A DNA stretch of 64,000 nt, from assembly GCA_950097015.1 (NCBI GenBank), contig CATNEN010000001.1, positions 22,940,001 to 23,004,000 on the forward strand, in the 5' to 3' direction. The position numbers and the translations under genes were made by a program. Of this stretch, positions 1 to 12,021 are shown one piece after another. Every line of letters begins with the position of its first letter. Position 1 is the first letter of the stretch. The DNA comes from Macrostomum hystrix. Its lineage: Eukaryota; Animalia; Platyhelminthes. The notes beneath the pieces are model-generated. The model was not told the DNA's origin. It worked only from the letters and a program-made list of their open reading frames with translations, and did not search any database.

Positions 1-2970
1 GAACGCCGAGCTTTTGGAGCGAGCCCGCGAACGCCGGCTGAAGGAGAAGAAAATGTTTGAAATTATTCGGGAAATTGTCTTCTACTTTCTGTTTTATCTT
101 CTCCTGCTTTTGGTCACATTCGCGTTCCGTGATCCAAACCTGTACGACATGAAATCACAGATGGTGCGGCTGTTCCTGCCCAGACTCGATAACGCCACCG
201 GAGAGGGCATTCCCGGCATTTCAACCGAGGCCCAGTTCTGGCAGTGGCTGGAGACGAAGTTCATTCCTGGAATCCGGGCTGACAGATGGTACAATGGAAA
301 TCCGCCCTTGTTCCAGAGAGGCTACACAGGTGACAGGGTCGGCAGACTGGTTGGCTATGCAATCATGCGGCAGAAGCGTAACAAGCTCAACACCTGCTCA
401 GTGCAGCCTAGTGTGCGCTATCTGGTGAAGAACTGCATCGATACTTACAACTTTCAGGATGAGGAAAAAGGAAACTTTGATGCGAAATGGCAGGCCTACA
501 ATCCCAACACTAGCGCACTGCCTCGAAACGAGGCATTCCGCTACACCTCAGGTGCTCAGCTCAAGAGCTTCGGGCCCTACATGGCCAGGATGCACACTTA
601 CTCGCCAGGAGGCTACGTGTTCCAATTCCGCGGATCACTCAAGTCCATCATGTCGAACATCACGGAACTCAAGACGCTGCAATGGCTGGACAAGCAGACG
701 CGGGCCATCTTTCTGGAGTTCGCATTCTACAACCCGAATGTGAACCTGTTCGGCATCGGCACAGTGGTGTTCGAACTTGAAGGCAGCGGAGGAATGGTCG
801 GAATCTACCGCTTCCAAGCCGCTAACCTGCTCAGCTTCCTAGTTTCTGGTGTAAAAGGATTCGAGATCGCCTGTCAAGTTCTCTTCTGCATCGTTCTCAT
901 TGCCTACATGGTTAAGGAGGCTCGCAAGATGTACAAAGAGCGACTTCAGTACGTGCACAAAATTTGGAACATCGCCGAGATGTTTATTCTGATAGGTTCG
1001 ATGGCCAGCGTTGCCGCTTATGCTTATGTTCTCTACGAGACATCGCAACTCACCGCAGAGTTTAGCAAATACGGCGGCAACGTCTACTTGAACTTCCAGT
1101 ACGTGGCCTTTTGGAACGAATACCTGACGTACTTCACTGCCTTCATTGTGTTCGTCTCAACTCTCAAGTTTGTTCGTCTGTTGCGCTTCAACAAGCGCAT
1201 GGGCATGCTCGGCGATGTGCTGCGCGTCGCGTCCAGGGACATTCGCCAGTTCTTCCTCATGTTCTTCATCATCTTTGCGGCCTTCATCCAGACCTTCTAC
1301 CTGGTGTTCATGGACCAGCTGTACGGCTACTGCACCTTCATCTACACCATGGAGCAGCTCATGCAGATCGCTCTTGGCAAATTCAAATTCCTGGATCTGT
1401 ACATCGCAGAGCCCATCATTGGACCGCTTATATTTTCTGCCTACACAATCTTCATCATTTTCATCCTGCTGAATATGTTCGTTGCCATCCTCAACGAGGC
1501 CTTTGCCAAGGTGCGCGACGATGTTGAGAAGCAGGAGAATGAGCACGAGATGCTGGACTTCATCATTCAAAAGTGAGTTGAATATAAAAAACCTTGGAGC
1601 CTTCAAAGGTTTCATACATATCGATTAAATATCACTAGGTTTAAGTGTCACTTCACTGTGTAGTAGCTTCTGCAAATACTAAGTGAATTATAACAAACCA
1701 AAATTATACATTTCCTGTTCCCCATCACACTTTATGCTCCGACGCCTTCTTCAGAGTTGCCTCATGTCGCAAATAAAATAGTTGGTGTGGCTCGTAGAAA
1801 TTGATCAATCGTATCAAATATTATGCAGTTCCTTGCCGCTGTAAGACGGAACATTACAATTGTTTAACATATGTCAGCCAGCAAACACCTGCTAAGTTGC
1901 TCGTTGGCACGAGTGCTCTCAGCTCCCGAGAGCCGGTGAGATATCGGATCTCGCATTCTTTCCCGTCTCCACCAGAGCAACTTGACACGAACGCAGATGG
2001 CTGGCTAGAACAAAGGGGAACGAGAGGACAGAGATGGCCAACCACCTCTCGCAGAAATTCAGTGCCGATTCTCCGGTTGAATTGGCCATACCAATGTAGC
2101 CAAGCAGCTGCACCAAACCGCTTATCTGGCTGACGACTCAAATCTTCCTATCCCTGGTTGAGGAGGAATGCAGCAGAGCAAATACTGCTGCCGTGCCTAC
2201 CAGCTAGATAGAAAGTGCATGCGTCAGACACTCCTTGGAGGGTAGATGGATGGACTTCTTCAGTCCCTTTTTCTTTTTATGGCTGAAAAACGAGAAGCAA
2301 GTTTGGCCGTTTGTTTCACTTCATTTGCACTGCGACAATTAACTGCAAGCAGAGGCAAAGGCTAAGCTAGATAGCTGATGCTGGGTTGAGCTAAAATTTG
2401 GGATTGCTAACCAGACACAGAGCTTTGCCCCCAGAAGGTTGTGTTTTGCTGTTTTTTTTCATGGACGCCAACTTTCCCCTGTTCTATCCTAATGCTCTTC
2501 ATGCTTGGTACGGAGGCACTGTATAATTAGATTTTAGTCAGCTGCACTCACCCGGTGATCATTGTGATTGTCATGTTCCATGCCCGGCACCAAACACCAA
2601 TGTCCTCCCCGTTGGCATCGGCAGGGTGATGGTCTCGGTTGGCATGGGCAGCAGCCGGGCTGCCAGAACCTACTTCGGCCACAACCTCGCCGAGAGTGAC
2701 TACCGCTCCCACTCATTCGAGGAGGAGGTGGGTGTCGCTCTGCCATCGCGTATCGACAGCCTGGTGGAGTTCATCGAGAAGGTCTACTTTGAGGAGGCCA
2801 AGAAGAAACGCCGTCGCGCCGCGGCTGGCAAGGCCTACGAGATTGCTGCGGACGGTACCGACGCCACCGTCGGGGTCAACGACGGCACAATGGAGTCGCG
2901 GCCAACCACAGCCGGTTCCGGCAAAGTCGGAGGATCCGCCGATCGAGACCTGACCCGGATCTACAACTGA
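1..2970 (+). CDS. Polycystin-1 family (PKD1/PKD1L-like) protein, C-terminal polycystin channel domain; 5'-partial
   Basis: Exon <1-1572 (donor AA|GTGAGT) joins exon 2625-2970 (acceptor GGCAG|G) in phase (AA+G = Lys). Motifs: 'ARERRLKEKKMFEIIREIVFY' (typical of the PKD1 family), TOP domain 'Y.PGGY...L.WLDKQTRAIFLEF..YNPNVNLF', six TM segments ending 'ILLNMFVAILNEAF'. Confidence 0.9.
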
Positions 2971-3978
2971 GCCAGGGTTGACTCAATGATCAAGCGATAA
3001 CTAACGCACACCGCCACAATGTACTTTTTGGGAGGCTTTATGAACCTGCGTGAAATTAAAAACTATCTTTATGAACATTTTGGCGTCTTTTTACAAGGAC
3101 AAGATTACTTAAGGGCGAAACTTTAGTAAATAAATTTTCGTTAAATAAATAGGCTCTTAAAACATAAGTGTTGCTTGCCCTAATAGAAATTAGACAGTTT
3201 GCTCTACAGAAATATCCTGTGTTGTCTCTTTTGTCATTCTTTCTAATGTCTACTAACCCAGCTTCTAACAGGTAGAAAATTCTGTCTTGTGACGTTTTTG
3301 CTCGATTCCCAGTTATTCGTCTGTCCACACATTGTGCGTCGCTATCAAATTTATTTTGCTGTGACAAAATAATGTGATCTTTTTTTCTCCTAAAAACCAA
3401 GCCAGATTAAGTAGATTGCTGCTTTTCTGCACCTCCATGCTGCTGTTTGCAGTAACTTTTTAAACCTAGTTGTGATGCCTCTTCAAAATAGACTTCATAC
3501 AGATCTGCTATTTTATCTATTGACAAGAAAAAATATTTTCTCGAGAATCATTGTAAACCCTTTTGTTCCACGTTGCTTTACGCTAAATATTTCAGTCTAA
3601 TCGGTTAGAAAATAAAGTGCACGCTCGTAAGGTCGAAAATTTGAAAATCAAGAAGAGACAATACATAGTGTGGCAGAAAAAACTTCTAGCCTTCACCTTT
3701 AAAATGTATTATTTTATGCGAGAATCACATATGCGAAGTTTCCCACAGTAAGTTTCCTTATGGGATTTTAAGGAGGCATAAATATGGATGGAAAAGTTGA
3801 TGTTGAAGATGGATTTCGTTATCAAATATTGTCCTAAAACTTATGACATTAAAATGTGTCTTTAAAACTAGCCACTAAACTTTGCTGGTTTCATAGCAAT
3901 TAATTATGCGTCCTCCTAAAAACGAGGACTGAGAAACGATTTGAGGACTAGCACTATGTTTTAATAGATTAAATAAAA

Positions 3979-4084
3979 TAATGCCCTCTAATTTTATGTT
4001 CTATGGCAGAAAGCCTTGGACGCAATTCTCAGGCATGCATCCTCAGACTTTCTTTGCCATAGAACACAAAATTAGAGGGCATTA
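3979..4084. mobile_element. Small fold-back element / mini-MITE
   Basis: TAATGCCCTCTAATTTTATGTTCTATGGCA at 3979 is a near-perfect inverted repeat of TGCCATAGAACACAAAATTAGAGGGCATTA ending at 4084. Confidence 0.6.
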
Positions 4085-4910
4085 TAGTATACTTCGCTAA
4101 CAGTCTATGGTCCAATCGTATGTCAAGCTACACTGAAGCCTAAAGTAGTTCTAGATGTCTATGGCCATAGAATGTTAAATTAACGAACGAGTTCAAAAAT
4201 GCGTCACGCTAAGTCAGAAATTTGTGAATCAAGTTCCCAGTTAAAAGAAACGGGATTTGCATTGAAATGTACAGATTGTATTTCCAGACGCACATTATGA
4301 TCAGCCGCATCAAAACTTGCTCAGCTTCATAAGTCGTTTAAAAATAACGAAGGATAGGTTGCACAAAAATCAAGCACGTTATAGGATTAGAGGGAGCTTA
4401 TAGAAAATCAGCTAACGAAAAGTTAGCGATAGTTGACCTTAAGTAAAATCTTTGTATAAATTCTTAATACAGAAGTGTGAGATTAAGAATTCCTGCTGAT
4501 AATCCCGAAAATCTAAAATAATTTTTATTGATGCTACTTAAAGTAGTTGTACTGGCTTACAAACTACGTAGATGCTAAAAATTGCCAGCCAAATGGAAAT
4601 TCACTAAAACGCCAGGGACACTTCCTTTCCTAGTGCTTCATTTAAATAAGCAGTAAAATGGGTACCGGAATCTGCTTGGGTAGAAATATTGGCGGGTGTT
4701 GCGGCCACCAACACTCCATAGGCTGAACAGCTGTACCCAGCATTTGGATGGCTGTACATCTGGCCCAAATTCCATGGTTAATTACAAACCGCCAATATTT
4801 TATTAGTAAGCATTGAATCACACTTCTAAGTACGTATTTTACGTGAGATAGGCTTTAGCTGAATTTGAAGGAAAATGGGAAATTAACTTATACTTTGTCA
4901 ACCCAATACT

Positions 4911-7900
4911 CTAGAGCCAAGTCCTGGTGCTGACATCCGCCCTCACTGACTGCTGCAGCGGGTGCAGCTGTATCTCCTCCTCAGTTTCTGGGGTTGCAGA
5001 AGAAGCAATTGACGCTGAACCGGCCGCTCTAGGATACAAAAGTAGCGGCTGCAACAGCTGCGGCGGCTGCGGCTGGTGATAGCGCATCGGGCTTCCCGAC
5101 AGTCTGGTAGAAGTCGCGCCCTGCGGACTGCCTCCTCCGTCGCTGTCATGTCCCTCGCGGTGGTGGTAGGCCTTCTCGCGGAACGGCGAAGGCGACAGGC
5201 CAGTTCGAGCTCGCACGCTGGCTGGGGGGCTGAGGTTTTCCACCCTGGGGTGCGGATCGAAGGCTACGTGGCGCGTAGCGGTTGACATTGTCTGCAGTGG
5301 TGGCGGCGGAGCGGGCAGCGGCTGACCCTGGCCATAGTTGAGGTTGTTGATTGACGATGCCTTTGCGCCAGGAATGCTGCGGTAGCTGGCGTTGTGTGAG
5401 TGGTTGCTGGCGAGCGATCGAGTGTCGTAGTATCCGCTTTGCGCCGCTGTCACCAACGGTTTTGGCTTGAGAATCGACTCCGGCACCATCAGTAGCGCCT
5501 GAAGTCGCGGATTGCTAGCCCCATGTATTCCGCTGGCTGCTGTAGTACTGCCATTGCAGCTGCCGCCATTGCTGCCGCTGCCATAGACAGTGTCTGGCTT
5601 CTCGACGATCTGGCTCTCCCGCTGCTGTCTTCCATTCTCAGCTGCCGCCGCTTTAGCCAGACGCTGTGGAATCACTCTAACCAGGACCAGCAAAATGGCC
5701 GCCAGTAGGACCACTCCGCAGACCAGGATCAGCGTGACAAAGTTGGTCCTGCTCAAGCCGAGCACCCGAGCTGCGTCCTCTTCGTTGTTGATGAACTCTT
5801 TTCCGCGCCGCTCAGTTGCGTTTCGTCCACCCTGACTGCAGGCGACCAGTTGCACCGTCAGGTTGAACGTAGCTGGAGCAACGCTGGGCAGCGGCGAGGC
5901 CACTTCAATCTCGGCAGAGCTGGCGCCAGCCCCAAGAAACTGACCGCGCTCGTTGACGAAGCCGACAACCCGAACTGCTCCAGCGTCAACATCCGACTGG
6001 GTAAACGAAGCCGGCGAAATCAAAGCTCTGGTCGGCTGTTGTAGGACATTGTACCGTGTTGGCATTTCGTATCTGAATGGGTTCCGAGTTAGGTTAAGGC
6101 ATGTTTGATCGTATCTTTTTCGTAGAAAAATAATTGGTGCGAAGTAGCAGAGTCATCAAACAGCAGCCACAAACCTGAGCTTATCCTTGAGCTTTCTATC
6201 GTCAATATGATTGCGCGTCAATTTGGCAGTCTGTCGATCTCCGGTGCACTCTAGCAGGCGCACAGGCAATGTGCTGACCCCGGCTCGAATCCGGATCTCC
6301 AACTGTCTGTCAGGGAGCACGGCAGATCGAGACTTTGTCACAACGCTGAACTGCAGCGAGTCTCTACTGCTGACATGCCGCACCAGCTGATAGTGAATGA
6401 GGCCTCGGTCTACGTCGGTCTGGGAGAAGTTAAACGCGACTAGTTTGTCTCTGTAGAGCTGGCCGTAGTCAGTTGAGCGCGTCACCGTGTACCAGATCGG
6501 ATCCTGCGGATCGTTGCACGATGCGTTTAACTGGGCATTGGTCAGGGCTGCGCTGTGGAAGCCCTGGTCAATGCGCAGTATCTCGGCCGATTGGAAATTT
6601 ATCGTCACTGGCGAGATATGCATCTCAAATGTCTGGCAAAAGGGCTTGTGCTCCGGTTTGGAGAAGCTGTCCGACACGCAGAAGTAGAAGCTGTCCAGAC
6701 TGGAGTTGCTGCCCAGGTGCAGGTAGACGACTCGCCCGGCGTTGACGTCCGACTGGCTGAACGAGCAGGTGATTTCCTCCGGCGTTGGCGGAAAGGACAG
6801 GCAGGCTCGCGAGTTGACTCGAAGCTGGCCAAACACTGGCGACCGGCGCACCCGGTAAACAATGAAGTCGGGGCCGCTGTCCCGGTCAACCACGAGGAGC
6901 TGCTTCGGGCCGATGCTAGCAAGTCTGCCGCGCAGCATGCGCACAGTCGGTTGCATTGTCTCCACCTGGAAGATCTGGTCGTTAACCGGTGTCACATGAA
7001 TGGGCAGCACTGCGGGCTGCTTCGCCATGGTTTGCGGGGTTAGTTGGCTGTCAGCTTGCTCGCGAATGTAAAAGCCCAGCTCATCCAACTCAGTGTCTGA
7101 GCCATCGTGACGGTAGATGAGATTCATCTTGACAAGGTCGTCCCTCACGAAAGTGTCCCCGACGCTGATGTTGGTGCCGGAGAAGGTGAATATGCCATGC
7201 CTAGGCAGGTCAGTGATCACGAACAACAGAGCTTTGGCTGACATTAGGCGAGAAAAGTCAGCTCCATCCAGGTTGCCCACGGTCAGGTTGGCAAGGCCGC
7301 CCTCCAGCACAGTTAGTGGTCTAACTGATAGCAGCGATCGCTGATTGTACCGATTGACATGCCGATCGGATATCACGATTCGCATCTCCTGACGCTCCAG
7401 CGTTGGCGCACCTTTAGCTATGACGTCAAACAAAATTCGATCCACATTTTCGGCGTGACTGCCTAAGCTATAGGCGTGAGTATGGTTGTAGCCCACTGAA
7501 GACGCATTCACCTGACTCTGGGTAAACCTTGTTGTCGCAGAAAATGTGACCGCTGCCGTTACAGGGTCTCTTGTCACAATGCCCAGCCGTCCTAGAGCAC
7601 TGTTTCCTCGAACCTCGAACACCAGGTCCCTTGAGTAGTAGGGATTGTTGACAGCAGCCAACAGGTGATCTGGGGTCAGGATGTTCAACATGTTGGGGAA
7701 GGCCTCGAGGGTGATTGATCGACTGGACATGCTGACTACTAGCGGCTTGGTTGTAGCATAGAACTGATGCTGCTGGCTCTGGGTGCCCGCCGAGTCTTGG
7801 ACGAAGAAATCAAAGCTTCCAAAGCTGGACTGACCTGAAGGAAATGGTTTAGTCGATGTCAGAAAATTGCTGACCAATCTATCAATTTATGAACATCTTG

Positions 7901-10900
7901 ACATAATTATAGGTGGTTAAATACGCCCTTAATTTTAAGCCTAATTAAAGGCGTACCTGATCCTGACCCTGTAAGTCTCAACCCTGACCCTGACCCTGAG
8001 CATACCTGACCCTTCATTTAAATAAGATGTAAAACTCAAACTCAAATACGAATGATGCTTAAATATGTGCAGTAAGTAACATGCTGAACTATCACAGCAC
8101 ATCATTTGGTGACATTGGACCCACAGCCAGCGAGGAGGCAATTCTGACTCCTGAGCACACACGCACACAGTTTTGTAAATTTCCCCTGAATTTTTATCGT
8201 CAGGCAGTGTACACTTCCACTGTGCCATAAAATCTGGCACTCAAAGTCGTAAATTGCTCGAAAAGCCACCAAACCTTCTCTCCGCAGCTACGCCCCAAAT
8301 TAATGTGGCCTCGCCGTGGAATCGAGCTCAGGTACCTTAGTGCGAGAGACAATCGCGTTAGATCCCTGCTCAGCCACTCACCCCCCAACTATAACTCTTA
8401 GACGGAGGCACTCACCAGCGTGTACAAACAACATCCTTCCCGATGCAATGTCCTCCTGACTAAACTGGTCCAGCCGCTTGTCCGGGTTGTCTACGAACGC
8501 CGCGAACCCGTTCTGCGCAGCCGTCACCCTGTAGACTAGACTCCAATCCGGTGTGTCATCGTCATCCGAGCGAAGGTGCTCCAGGCTGAACGGAGTCGGC
8601 GAGTCCTGGAAGGCCCGGAGGACCTGGTTGACAACCACTCGCGGAGCCTGGGAGGCGAACGGCGCCCACATGTGCACGTGAACCAGTGCCGGCAGAGATC
8701 GAATACTGTCCCACTGGGCCAGCACCTGCGGTAGGACGATAAGTACAGTATTAAAATTTAGATAGAGTTACAAGCCTAGTTGAATGAGGCGGTTGGCACC
8801 GCTTGGCAACAGGTACAGGTATAATCATTATCAGGTTGGCATCATTTGGTATCTGTGCTGACACCTGTGCTGACTTTCTCATCGTCAGGCATATACTTAG
8901 CTAAGAACCACAGTTCCTACTGCCAGTAGTTGTCTACGCTTGTATGTACACGAGAAAAATCTGTATTCGAAAAGTTTTAGGTTGTTCCTACTCTAGCTTG
9001 ATATTTTCTTTCAATAGGTTGAAAAGAAAATGAAGCTGCTAAGTATCTGCTGCTGCGGCAAAAGCAGAAGTAGAACTCTCAGACATAGAACTGTCTAAGT
9101 TCAGCGCTGCAATTAAACAGGCCTCTTTAATTAGGTCGAAAGAAGCAGTTCGGACTAAAAGCGACGCGCTGCACTTGGGGAAATTGGGCCACTCGGTTTA
9201 GGCGTCAGTGATAAGCAAAGTCTGCATTTTGAATCAGGGAGCCACCAGACTGCCCGAAGTCTTTTATAGAGGCCGGACACCAGCCATTACGCATTACAGA
9301 ATGGGAGCCGCTAGTCCAACATGGGGAGAAAGTGGCGGCTTCGGGGTTGGTCGCAGGAAAGGAGGAGGCCAAAAATCCTGCATAAAATGGACCAGCTTGC
9401 CTTACAGTATCTAACCTAGTCTGCGGCCTGCATATGTAGACATCCGGTGTAGCGAAGATTTCAGTAATGCCCGGGCACCGATATCTGGGAGGGACCCGGT
9501 CGGATGAGGAAGCTTTTTTTTCTCCGCCTGTTTATTTGCGTGTAAGGTCATTTCCTTTTACCTTGGGCCCAACCCGCCCAGATACCGACAGGCACAGACT
9601 GCAGAATAGAGAAAACAATGCCAGAATTAATTTAAGCTGAATGGTGCGGTGGGGTTGGCCTGATTTTGCTCCATCGCTAAAATCTACCAGCATGGATATT
9701 AGATAGAAACAAGAATTAGTTACGATTTTATGATCTTGGGCACATTGTCAAACTGCGATGCAAATCTGCTGGTTATTTGCCACAACGAACCCCATGGCAG
9801 CAGCTGTGAGTCTTAACAATGTTTTCTCTAGGCATTTTTTCTGCTACTGATTTGTTTCTTAGAGTATACAAACTATTGCCTTCCTGGTTGACTAGCTGTC
9901 AATCTGAGCCCAGAATACACAACTTGTCAGACATTGTTGCCAGTCTTATCTTTTCTGAGAGGAAAGCGCCACTTGATGCAACATCCCCAGATTAACAAGG
10001 AACGCAGCATACTTTTAAAAGAAACTTCTGCATATCTGTTTTGGCCTAACCTAATCTTTCATTGCATCAGTTTGAAAGATAAAATACAAGTATAAAAGAA
10101 AAAAGCCATAGAAAAAGATTTTTCCGAGGTCATTTTGGAAATTCCATTATAGAAGAAAGTGCCTTTGGCTTAGTTTGAATCACAACCGCTTCTACGACTT
10201 AACTTTCCAGTGCTAACGATTTCCTTTGGTGACTTTCAGTTCAGACGAAGCGGAGCGACTAAGTCAGTGGAGTCTGGCGGAATTTTACAGATATTCACTA
10301 AATCGTAAAATCTGAGTAGCTATAAAAATAATCAGAGCTAGCTGGGATTCTTTATCAGCTATCTCTCTAATGCCGTGTTCCACCTGAAGTGGCGCCCTTG
10401 TGAAGTGTGAAAACACCGCTCCAGCGTTACTGGGTGATCGCTGTGTAAACACGGAGTCAGAATTAGTGATGGATTGGTACTTGATGCTTCGCTTTGATCT
10501 TCTAGATCAATAGAGAAACAGGTGTGCGGGTTCCTGACCCTCCGCGTTTACCTGTGCGCGGTTGATTTTCAAGAATGCCTGAGCCATATTCTCAGCAAAC
10601 TGTTTTTGTCGAAACTTTAAAAACATGAAAAATTAGTATCTGCATTTCTCTTTTTTCTCTCGACTGTCCCGCATGTAAAACTGTTATTTCTGTCTGAGGA
10701 AGATACACTAGCACTAACATTATTCAAACCACAGGCTTAAAGAACTAAACTTTCATGGAATTCCATTAATCCATTTTTCCATGCTGGCAGTGTTACGCCC
10801 AGCGCTGCAAAAGTGCACAAAATTGGTGGTAACGACAAATTGTTGAACGCGACTGACTGGTTGCATCTTGTGTCAGAAATCTTATTCCGGTATCTAAATT

Positions 10901-11987
10901 AAGCGCGTCCTTGCAGAACTGCACCCCAATAGGCAATCACGAACTCCTCCGGAGACAATCGCGACCGAGGAGCCTCCCATAGTGTCGCAGATTCTCTGAA
11001 GCTGTAGATGACGAAGCAGAAAATACTGCAGACTGATGCAACGGAGTTTTCCGCCCTGCCTCGCAAGGCAAAAGGCAAATTGCGCTGCAGCTGACGGGTC
11101 ACCGGGCTCGCGAGTTGGCAGTTGGCTGACTTCAGTCAAATTCGCTGCAGTTTTGGGAGCCACGTGTCTCCAACCCGCTGCCGCCCTCTATTCCCACCGC
11201 CCCCCAACCCTGACTTGACTTTCAAACTTGGCTTTCCTAAGCCGCACTTACTTTATTCGCTTACAATGCTTCTTATTTTCGGTGTTGAATTGTTTCACAT
11301 TGATTTTGCCAAACATTTACAGCTGGCAGGTCGGTGCGATTGAAGGTTCACTTTCAATGCACAGCTTAGGACCCGTTTATAGTGCTTATAGAATAACCGT
11401 ATTACGCTTGTGAATTGTTTTCAAGTAGAAGCACTGAACACTGTGTTACGTATAACGTATGAAATACTTTTTTGTAGTGCGGCAAAGCTTTTGTTTTGAT
11501 GTTTACAAAAGAGTTGAAGGTACTATTTTTCCTGAAAAGTTAATTTAGTTGTGCATCTCATGTGACGTCATTCCAAAGAGTGTGATCAGCGCACACATCA
11601 ACAGCCTACTAAATTAGTTCAACTTGCTAAATACCTGGCACACGGCAGTAGAATTGGAAAGGGTTTATTTGTAAGAAAAAATGAGATCGTTTTTGTGTGT
11701 ACTCAAATCGAGAAAATATATACTACTTCCAACAAGACTCAATTTGAAGAGAAATTCGGTAGCACAATATCGTGCCCGAGGTAATGCTGTGGAAACAGTA
11801 ACTTGCACCCTAACCTAGTTACTAGGCACTAGAGTTCGAATACCATGGGAGAATATGCCTATCAGTTCTTGCTACAGGATGAGCTAAAAAGCCATGAAAT
11901 TAGGTTTCCCAATTGATCTCTCATCTTTGCTGCTTGCTCAAACCCTCTGTCGAGCGGGTGGCTCGACATGGCACAGAACTGACTACC

Positions 11988-12021
<34 letters not shown>

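Noticed and set aside
7957-8013. (CCCTGA)n as an interstitial telomere
   Set aside because: Only a few degenerate units, and they are not the canonical CCCTAA.
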